Source: Clostridia bacterium
GTDB lineage: Bacteria > Bacillota > Clostridia > Oscillospirales > CAG-272
Reading direction: 5' to 3'
Length of the DNA stretch: 64,000 nt
NCBI GenBank assembly: GCA_017410065.1
Contig: JAFQRL010000024.1
Span: forward strand, 6,173-70,172
Positions 1-7,466 of the stretch are shown here, piece after piece. Every line of letters begins with the position of its first letter. Position 1 is the stretch's first letter. The translations under genes were made by a program, and so were the position numbers. Below the pieces are notes generated by a model. It saw only the letters and a list, made by a program, of their open reading frames with translations, made no database searches and was not told the origin of the DNA.

Positions 1-505
1 GGCAGTCGCAAAGAGCCTCAAACTCCTCGGGTGTTGCCACCTCGCAAAGCTCCCCGCGATAGACCGCGCCGATAAGTCCGTCAAGCATAGAAATGGCAAG
101 AAGGGTGCACTCCGCGGTGTCGGCAATACGGTAGCCGCCGTTAAGACCCACTCTGTCTGCTCCCATTCTCAAAATATCGTTGCAGAAGGAATCTATGGTG
201 CGTATCTTCGCCGAGGGAAGCATATTCAATTGATGGCGAAGCCTTGCGTTTTCGGGGTTCTTCTCGCAGGCGTCCTCAAGAGCGCGAGTGAGCTTTGCCT
301 TAAGCTCCCCTGCCGCCGCGACCGTGAAGGTCACGCAAAGAAGCGACTCAATGCTGACGGGGTTCTTCTCATCCGTCAGCGACCTTATCACTCTCTCGGT
401 AAGCGTTGCCGTTTTTCCCGAGCCCGCCGCCGCCGAAACGAGAAGCGTCTTGCTCCTCTCCTCTATTGCCGATAGCTGCTCTGCCGTCCAAACTCTTTCT
501 GCCAT
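1..505 (-). CDS. addA: AddA-like UvrD-family helicase/nuclease subunit, 5' part only (runs off the window)
   Basis: Manual translation from ATG at 505 (RBS GGAGAGGG): MAERVWTAEQLSAIEERSKTLLVSAAAGSGKTATLTERVIRSL...LLCVTFTVAAAGEL. Q-motif, Walker A and TFT motif typical of AddA. Not in the ORF track. Confidence 0.85.
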   Translation of the reverse strand, partial: MAERVWTAEQLSAIEERSKTLLVSAAAGSGKTATLTERVIRSLTDEKNPVSIESLLCVTFTVAAAGELKAKLTRALEDACEKNPENARLRHQLNMLPSAKIRTIDSFCNDILRMGADRVGLNGGYRIADTAECTLLAISMLDGLIGAVYRGELCEVATPEEFEALCDC

Positions 506-607
506 TTTCCCTCTCCGTGAAGAATTTTTCTTTTTAACCTATTTTACCACATTTTTTTGTCTTTTTCAAGCAAAAACAGGTACACCTCAAAATTATTTGT
601 TCCTCAC

Positions 608-636
608 TTGAAAAGTTTATAAGACTATGATAAAAT
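608..636 (+). promoter_or_regulatory. sigma-A-type promoter of dusB
   Basis: TTGAAA-17 nt-TAAAAT with TG extension. Confidence 0.5.
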
Positions 637-714
637 ATATGTAAAAGAGCGATAGCAGGCCGGGTGGCTGTCGGGCTTATTTTTTGAAGCTTTGAAAAAG
701 GGGGAGAGGGACTT

Positions 715-1755
715 ATGCGCATAGGCGGCACCGAGCTTCGATATGGCGTGATGCTTGCACCGATGGCGGGCTACACAGACAGAGCAATGCGACTTATCTG
801 CCGCGAGGCAGGCGCGGAATACACCGTCACCGAAATGGTCAGCGCAAAGGCGGTGGTCTATAACGATAAAAAGACCTTCTCTCTTGCAAGAATACTTGCA
901 GACGAGGGCCCTGTTGCTGTGCAGATATTCGGCTCCGAGCCCGAGGTGATGGCAGAGGCGGCAAGAGTGCTCTCCGAGCCCTGCCCTATCGGGGCGGCAC
1001 AGGACGAGGAGCTTGTGCGCACCTGCGCGGAATATCTTAAGGAGGGCGAGAGTGTGCCCTTCTCGCCTGTCTCCCCTGTGGCAATAGATATAAATATGGG
1101 ATGCCCCGTGAAGAAGATATTCTCAAACGGCGAGGGCTCGGCTCTTATGAAAAGCCCCCGTCTTATAGAAAAAATAGCCTCGGCGGTCAAGGGAGCAACT
1201 CCCCTACCCGTCACGGTGAAGCTTCGGGCGGGAATTGACGGCGAGCACTTAAACGCCATCGACTGCGCCAAGGCGGCAGAGGCGGGCGGAGCAAGCCTTA
1301 TCTGTATTCACGGCAGAACCACAAAACAGATGTACGGCGGCTCGGCAGACCGAAAAATCATCGAAAAAGTAAAGAATTCTTTGCAAATACCTCTAATTGC
1401 CAACGGAGATATAGTCGACGGCGCATCTGCCGTCTCAATGCTGAAGGACACGGGAGCAGACGGCATTGCCATAGGTCGCGGCGCGGTCGGAAACCCCTTT
1501 ATATTCTCCGAGATAGAGGCGGCACTTAAGGGTAAGGAGCACACGCCCCCATCCCTTGACGAGAGGATACACACGGCTCTGCGCCAGCTTTCATTAGCCG
1601 TTATCGAAAAGGGCGAGGCGGTTGCCACCGCCGAGGCAAGAAAACAGATCGCCCTCTATATCCGCTCCTTCCGCGGCGCCTCTCAAATCAGAGCAAAAAT
1701 AAACCTCGCAACCACCTTCTCCGAGGTGAAAGCCGCCCTTCTTTCAATTATTTAA
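715..1755 (+). CDS. dusB: tRNA-dihydrouridine synthase DusB
   Basis: LAPMAG, TEMVSA, IDINMGCP, HGRT, ANGDI and IGRG motifs; about 30 aa insertion before DINMGCP. Confidence 0.92.
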   Translation: MRIGGTELRYGVMLAPMAGYTDRAMRLICREAGAEYTVTEMVSAKAVVYNDKKTFSLARILADEGPVAVQIFGSEPEVMAEAARVLSEPCPIGAAQDEELVRTCAEYLKEGESVPFSPVSPVAIDINMGCPVKKIFSNGEGSALMKSPRLIEKIASAVKGATPLPVTVKLRAGIDGEHLNAIDCAKAAEAGGASLICIHGRTTKQMYGGSADRKIIEKVKNSLQIPLIANGDIVDGASAVSMLKDTGADGIAIGRGAVGNPFIFSEIEAALKGKEHTPPSLDERIHTALRQLSLAVIEKGEAVATAEARKQIALYIRSFRGASQIRAKINLATTFSEVKAALLSII

Positions 1756-1759
1756 ATAG

Positions 1760-1816
1760 AAAAACGAAGCAAGAGTAAAACGAGAAGTTTACTTCACGTC
1801 CTTGCTTCGTTTTTTT
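1760..1816. terminator. Probable bidirectional intrinsic terminator between dusB and mscL
   Basis: AAAAACGAAGCAAG...CTTGCTTCGTTTTTTT stem with A and T tails between convergent genes. Confidence 0.65.
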
Positions 1817-1818
1817 AT

Positions 1819-1945
1819 TAAATCCTGCGAAGCAGGATATCATCGCGTAAGCGATTTCATCCACTTTAGTGGATTTATTCCGTCCCAGACGGATTTAATT
1901 GCGCTTTAGCGGATTATTCCGTCCCGGACGGATTTAATTGCGCTT
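1819..1945. repeat. Mini-hairpin array with GATTTCATC-like linkers (right-arm-type unit of the hairpin-array family)
   Basis: Hairpins CCTGC-GAA-GCAGG, TCGC-GTAA-GCGA, TCCAC-TTTA-GTGGA and TCCGTC-CCA-GACGGA joined by GATATCATC, GATTTCATC and GATTTATTC; last unit duplicated (1871-1906, 1911-1945). Confidence 0.8.
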
Positions 1946-2574
1946 CAGCGCTTCAAGAGGTCTCTGATCTCCGTGAGCAGCTGCTCCTGGCGAGCGAGCC
2001 TTGCCGCTTCCTTTGCCTCTGCGTCTGCCTTTGCCTTGGCTTCCTCGGCGAGCTTTCTCTCCGCCTCCGCCTTTGCGATAGCTTCAGCCTCTGCTGCTGC
2101 CGCCGCTGCCTCCTCGGCAAGTCTCTTTTCTTCCTCTGCCTTTGCCGCTGCCTCTGCCGCTGCCGCCGCTTCCTTTTCGTCTGCGTCGGTGAGGAGGTCG
2201 CGCGCGCCCTTATGTAGCTTCTCGGCTCTTGCCTTAAGAGCGGATGCCACCTTCATAACCGTGAAGAGAGCGATGGCAATGATGAAGAAATCTATAACGG
2301 CGTGGACGAGGGGACCCCACAGGATCGCGACCTCTGCCTGCGTTACCACCTCGGTTTCCGCATCAACGTATTCCTTGATCTCGGGGCGAAGGATCCAGCG
2401 CATTTCGTCAAGATCCGATTCACCTGTGATAAGCGTGAGAAGGGGTGTGATAAAGCCCTTGGTGAAGGCGGTTACTATCGCCGTGAAGGCAGCTGCCACC
2501 GCAACACCGACAGCCATATCAACCACGTTTCCGCGCTTGATAAATTTTTTGAAATCTTCAAAAAGCTTTTTCAT
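1945..2574 (-). CDS. mscL: Large-conductance mechanosensitive channel MscL with long Ala/Glu/Lys-rich cytoplasmic insertion
   Basis: FKKFIKRGNVVDMAVGV N-terminus, IDFFIIA TM2, C-terminal LLTEIRDLLK. Confidence 0.9.
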   Translation of the reverse strand: MKKLFEDFKKFIKRGNVVDMAVGVAVAAAFTAIVTAFTKGFITPLLTLITGESDLDEMRWILRPEIKEYVDAETEVVTQAEVAILWGPLVHAVIDFFIIAIALFTVMKVASALKARAEKLHKGARDLLTDADEKEAAAAAEAAAKAEEEKRLAEEAAAAAAEAEAIAKAEAERKLAEEAKAKADAEAKEAARLARQEQLLTEIRDLLKR

Positions 2575-2666
2575 TTTCTTCTCCTTTGTTTTTTTCTATA
2601 TGCTGAACACTTGCTGATATCTTTTTAGGTTTCCCGTCCTCGGCATCCGCCGTCGGGCAATCAGAC

Positions 2667-4694
2667 TTATCTTTTAACGTCGTAGATGCTCCTTATCTTA
2701 AGGGACGACATAAGCTTCTCTGCCGTGCTCATACCGCCTGTGAGAGTGAAGGCTATCTTCATCGGCGCGCTGCCCGTGATATCCACGTAGTTATCGTAGA
2801 ACACAGCATCCACGTCTTTAAAGCTTATCTCCACCGCCCTTGCAAAAGCCTTTGCCGAAAGGGTGATGCTGAACCGCCTGTCCGAGCCCACGATCTGCGC
2901 GGATATCTCGGGGTCGCGGAGCTTGAAATGCTTTTCGGGAACGAAAAGAGTTGTGCTTTGAGAATAAACTCCCAGAGGATCGCGGAGGAAGCACTCAAGA
3001 TAGTATTCGTTTTCGTGGCCTCGAAGAAGATGGCTGAAGTCCTTTTCAAGCACGAGCCTTGACGTGAGCCTTTCTATAACGCACTTCTCGCTTCCCGTAT
3101 GGACGGTTTTATTCTGCGAGTCTGCAATTCTGTATTCTATAGAGCCCGCAAAGCTCTGCCGCTTTTCATTTGAAATATAAAAGACCACTCTGCCGTCGTC
3201 TATATGCTCGGCGTGAAGGTATATGGGAGAGAAAAATTTCGCCGCCATATAATGAGTCGCTCTCCAGACAGCCGCCGAATCTATTCCCGAATAGCAAAGC
3301 CCGTCCTCGCTGTCTCCAAGTCCGTCGTAGATGGCGTGCTTATCTCCTCTGGCAAGCCTTGAGGCTATCATCTCACTTCCCGTGAGAGTTGCCGCCGCCA
3401 CCGAGGAAATATAAGCAAAATCGTCAAAGCCGCCCGCATAAGGATATCTTTCGGATGCGGTGCCGATCATATCTATAAGCACCTCTCGCCCAAGACTTTC
3501 CATCTTCTCGGAGAAAAGATTTTTCTCGTCCTCTGCGAGAAGCTTATCGGTAACAGCCGCCGAGGGAAGCTCGGGAAATCTCGGATATACGGGAGCCTTG
3601 TCCACAAACCGCACCGCCACGCCGGGAGCTATCCTTCCCATTCTCTCGCGGAGCTGATTTTTATTGCCCGAATCGTATATTATCTGATAGAGCACCATCG
3701 AGGGATGGTGGCATATCCTTGCAAGAAGCTCTGCCTCGTCTGCACTGCTTTCCATCACCGAGGAGCGTATCTCGCGGATAACGCAGATACCGTGTGCATC
3801 GCAGAGCTCAAAGAATACCTCGTCAGGAAGTCGGTCGTCGCTCTTTATAAGAAGTGCGTTCATACCCACTCTCGCCGCCGAATTTATAAAGGCAAGCTCT
3901 CTTTTTGCGGAGAGGGCAACGTTTGTGCGCCGCTCGGGTCTGTATACGGCACCCAGGGGAAGGAAGGACGCGCCGCCGATATCAACGGTTGCTCGGGAGT
4001 CGTTCACCGAAAGCCTTCTGATACCCACCTTAAGCTCAACCGTATCCTCAATTTCAAGCTCACCGTAAAGATTGACGGTCAGCTTATAAAGATTCTGAAC
4101 GCCCATATCCTTCGGCCACCAATAAAGAGGATCCTTCACGGTTATATTGCCGCGACCCCTCGTGATGCCGCCGTAGAATATCTGCCCCGAGGTGGAAACG
4201 AGAGTTGCAACCGCCCTCACCTGATCGGAGCTGCCAAGCATATCAAGAGAAATGTCAAGAGTGGCAAAGCCGCCCTCAAAGCTCTGCTTCACGCCAACTC
4301 TGTCTATCACCGCTCCCGAGAACATAAGAAGCTCCGCCTTGCCGAAAAGTCCCGCGCAAAGATGTGAGCCCGCAGTCTGGGAAAAGACCAGCTCAAGAGT
4401 GTTCTCCCCCTGCTTCACCTTATCCTTTATATTAAGATTAAGCACTCTGCCCGTGAAGGGCGTGGAGTGTATCACCTCGCCCGAAAGCCTCACCTCGGTG
4501 AGACCCACAAGGTCGGTGAGCCTTATATATTCATACTTAAAGTCCTGCGCGGTGGGAGCAAGGGTGAAGACGGCGGAAAAGCTGCCCGAGGGAAGCTCCG
4601 CACCCTCTGCTGTGCACAGCGAAAAGGGAGGTGTGCAAGCTCTCGCCACCTCGCCGCATATTAAATTAAAGGACGTAATTTCAGATCTTATCAT
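2667..4694 (-). CDS. GH2 beta-mannosidase-like protein, catalytic motifs degenerate
   Basis: YWWPKDMGVQNLY, FFELCDAHGI, HHPS and C-terminal FYDNYVDI match GH2 mannosidase landmarks, but WGGG, WQDF, GNNE and SEFG are absent. Confidence 0.7.
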   Translation of the reverse strand: MIRSEITSFNLICGEVARACTPPFSLCTAEGAELPSGSFSAVFTLAPTAQDFKYEYIRLTDLVGLTEVRLSGEVIHSTPFTGRVLNLNIKDKVKQGENTLELVFSQTAGSHLCAGLFGKAELLMFSGAVIDRVGVKQSFEGGFATLDISLDMLGSSDQVRAVATLVSTSGQIFYGGITRGRGNITVKDPLYWWPKDMGVQNLYKLTVNLYGELEIEDTVELKVGIRRLSVNDSRATVDIGGASFLPLGAVYRPERRTNVALSAKRELAFINSAARVGMNALLIKSDDRLPDEVFFELCDAHGICVIREIRSSVMESSADEAELLARICHHPSMVLYQIIYDSGNKNQLRERMGRIAPGVAVRFVDKAPVYPRFPELPSAAVTDKLLAEDEKNLFSEKMESLGREVLIDMIGTASERYPYAGGFDDFAYISSVAAATLTGSEMIASRLARGDKHAIYDGLGDSEDGLCYSGIDSAAVWRATHYMAAKFFSPIYLHAEHIDDGRVVFYISNEKRQSFAGSIEYRIADSQNKTVHTGSEKCVIERLTSRLVLEKDFSHLLRGHENEYYLECFLRDPLGVYSQSTTLFVPEKHFKLRDPEISAQIVGSDRRFSITLSAKAFARAVEISFKDVDAVFYDNYVDITGSAPMKIAFTLTGGMSTAEKLMSSLKIRSIYDVKR

Positions 4695-4924
4695 CTTAAA
4701 ACTCCTTTATTTTATCTCTTAAAAAACAGAAGTAATCTATCAACAAAGCAGAAGAATATCCGTTAAAACGAAAGAGAGCCGCGTGCTTCGGCTCCCTGTC
4801 GCCAAGCGGCATTTTGCCGCAAGTCAATGCAAGCGGGAAAAAACGATCCGCTTGGCAAATATTCCGCGATAACACGGCGGTGCTACCTTAATAGCCGCCA
4901 TTCATCCGATAATTTTTCTCGCCG

Positions 4925-5524
4925 TCAGGGAGTTGTGCTATCAACGAAGCTTTTCGTTGCTTCATCAAAAACGAATGTGCCGCCGTCCCAAAGCTCGGGA
5001 TTTTCGTGAGAGTGAATACCCCAGCCTGTTCTTACAGTCAGCTCCTTATTGGTCTCTACCGATATCTTAAAGGAAATAGAGTTTATGTCGCTTGGGTCGG
5101 CAGTTCTGTTAACGTAGCTGTCCGAATAGACCACCTCGGTGTAATAAACCTCGGGGTCGGTGCCAAAGGAAAGCTTGCAATAGCCGCCCGAGGCACTGCC
5201 GGAAACGGTGATCTTCACCGTGTACTGGACCCCTGGCGAAAGGGTGTATACCTGATCTTCTCCGTTAAGTGTCGGTGTGAGGGGATTTCCGTTATCATCC
5301 AAAATTGCTTCAACCGTGCAATAGGAGCTGCTTATAATATTGTCCTGCGAGCCCGTGTCCGTGGTGAACCAAGCCCAGGTGGTCGTAACGAGAAGGACAG
5401 CCGTGACGAGCAGACCGAAAACGCAAGCAAGCATACTTGTCGTCATCGCTTTGTCGGTGATCTTTTTGTTTTCGTCCTTGACGTGTGCGCCCTGTGCCGT
5501 CGTCTTATCAAAAGTCTTATTCAC
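4925..5524 (-). CDS. Secreted protein with SipW-cognate signal peptide (TasA/TapA-like)
   Basis: Hydrophobic segment followed by TTWAWFTTD; directly downstream of sipW; GTG start. Confidence 0.7.
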   Translation of the reverse strand: MNKTFDKTTAQGAHVKDENKKITDKAMTTSMLACVFGLLVTAVLLVTTTWAWFTTDTGSQDNIISSSYCTVEAILDDNGNPLTPTLNGEDQVYTLSPGVQYTVKITVSGSASGGYCKLSFGTDPEVYYTEVVYSDSYVNRTADPSDINSISFKISVETNKELTVRTGWGIHSHENPELWDGGTFVFDEATKSFVDSTTP

Positions 5525-5673
5525 AACTCTTCCCCCTTTCTCTCATAATGTCGGGTTTCATAATCAAATTGCTTCACAAAAATGTCTCTCTCCGATATCT
5601 TCAGCCGTTGCCTGCCGCGGAGAGTTGTTTAAAAAATGTTAATAAGTGTTTACAAAATGCCGAAATTTTGGTT

Positions 5674-6546
5674 TTATTGCTCTGCGGAGCTATCGTCTGC
5701 CTGTGGCGAATTATTGCCGAGAGCCTGTGCCTTTGCGGCTTCAAGCTCTGCCTTAAGGGCAAGCAGCTCCTCCATCATCTTGGCGTTAGCCTGCTTATCC
5801 TCCTCAAGCTTAACTCTTTCCTCGCGCATCTCGGAGAGCTGCTCGGAGCGGTACCTTCTGAATACCTGCACGAAGTTCATTATCTGCATTGCGATAATGA
5901 GAAGGAAGGGTATAAGTATGCAAACTATATAGCCGGGTGTGGTCTTAATAAATGCAAAGAAGTGACCGAGGAAGGGCATCGTGAAAAGATACTGTGAGTA
6001 AATGTCCTCGGGAGCAACGAGCACCTCGTCGTTAGTACCTGTGGAGGTACCGTAGGTGAGGAAGCCCTTGATAGAGCCGTCGTCGTTATAAACCACCTCG
6101 CGTATCTTATGGGATACGGTCGCGCCGATAGAGCCGTAGGTCGCCTTGCTGTCCTCTGTGTCCACCGAGTTGGACGACATAAAGGTGATTATATCACCGG
6201 GGCGAAGCTCCTTCGGGTCGACCTCCTTGCCGACTATAAGGTCTCCCGATGCAAAAGGACCCTTGCCGTTGTTCTTCACGCCGTCAAGCTCTATATCGTG
6301 CTTCATCGAGTCGGTTTGAACTATGTAGAACTTGATGCCGAAAAGGCTCTTTTGCGCGCCCTTCTTCTGATTGAAGAAGATCGACGAAATGATGGTGAAA
6401 ATCATAATGATGATCGCAAGGGCAAAGAGCACCCACACCGCGATATCCTTGATCTTCACAAGAATTCTTTTAACCTTCGAGGCACCGGACGTCTCGCCAT
6501 CTGCGGCGGGAGCTGTCTGCTCCTCTATTTTTATATTTTCTTCCAC
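5674..6546 (-). CDS. sipW: Signal peptidase I, SipW/ER-type
   Basis: N-terminal TM, YIVQTDSM (catalytic Ser), GDLIV, GDIITF, VSHKI (His), C-terminal TM and coiled coil. Confidence 0.85.
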   Translation of the reverse strand: MEENIKIEEQTAPAADGETSGASKVKRILVKIKDIAVWVLFALAIIIMIFTIISSIFFNQKKGAQKSLFGIKFYIVQTDSMKHDIELDGVKNNGKGPFASGDLIVGKEVDPKELRPGDIITFMSSNSVDTEDSKATYGSIGATVSHKIREVVYNDDGSIKGFLTYGTSTGTNDEVLVAPEDIYSQYLFTMPFLGHFFAFIKTTPGYIVCILIPFLLIIAMQIMNFVQVFRRYRSEQLSEMREERVKLEEDKQANAKMMEELLALKAELEAAKAQALGNNSPQADDSSAEQ

Positions 6547-6592
6547 GTTTTGTCTCCTGTTTTGTTTTTGGGGAATGTGAGGTGTGAGCGGG

Positions 6593-7267
6593 TTATCTCA
6601 TATTGCCCTGCTCCGCATAGATATTGAAGCGGACCGTGCAGGACTTGCTCTGATATTCGTTACCCGCCGTATCTCTCATATGGAGAGCAACCACGAAGAA
6701 GTCGATGCCGTCAACCTCAAGGCTGACGAAGTTCTCTCCGGAGATCCTGTTTTCGGGCCCTATCCTCTCGCCCACGTTGGTCTCAAGCCTTTTGACGGTG
6801 TGAGAAGACGAAATCTCCTCCCAGCTTGATGCCTTCAGGCTATCCAGCATAGAATAGTCTCCCCTGAAGGAGCAATACTCAAAGGCTCCGTAAAGTGCCT
6901 CAACGTCTGCCACGAAGCGAAGAAGATATCTCACGTTGATAGTACCCTTGTTTTCAACCTTAAGGAAGATAAGCCTTGTTGCTCCGGGCTCCCATTCGAT
7001 GCCCGCAAAGGCGTCTCCCTCCGCGCCGTCCATTTCAACGAAGCTGCCGCCGAGGCTTTCGTCTGTGCGATAAAGCTTCATTCCCATTTCCGCCGCGCTG
7101 ACCGTCATATCGGCCTCCTCACGGTTTGTGAAAAGAGCGTAGGTCGATCCAAACGCAAGCGAAACGAGAAGTATTATTTTAATAAGAAGTGCGGTGATGC
7201 TTGTGTATTGCCTGTCGTAGGAATATCTGCCACCTCTTGAGTTTGCCATCTTTGCTCCTTTCTCCAT
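6593..7267 (-). CDS. TasA/camelysin-like protein with SipW-cognate signal peptide
   Basis: GSTYALFT cleavage motif, WEPGATR..LKVENKGT, C-terminal AGNEYQ...AEQ typical of TasA/CalY-like proteins. Confidence 0.75.
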   Translation of the reverse strand: MEKGAKMANSRGGRYSYDRQYTSITALLIKIILLVSLAFGSTYALFTNREEADMTVSAAEMGMKLYRTDESLGGSFVEMDGAEGDAFAGIEWEPGATRLIFLKVENKGTINVRYLLRFVADVEALYGAFEYCSFRGDYSMLDSLKASSWEEISSSHTVKRLETNVGERIGPENRISGENFVSLEVDGIDFFVVALHMRDTAGNEYQSKSCTVRFNIYAEQGNMR

Positions 7268-7466
7268 AAGTCGGTTTTAATGGCTCGGAATGTCTCTTAA
7301 AAATGTCCTGGTATATTTATTTATTATATATTATACACTATCGCGCACGAAAAATCAAGTATATTTTTAAATAGTTAATAATTATTTAACAGCCGTCAGG
7401 TAATTTTGACCTATTTCCCTGCCCATCGGATTTTTTTATCTCTTTTTTTGCCAAAGGCTTTTCTGT

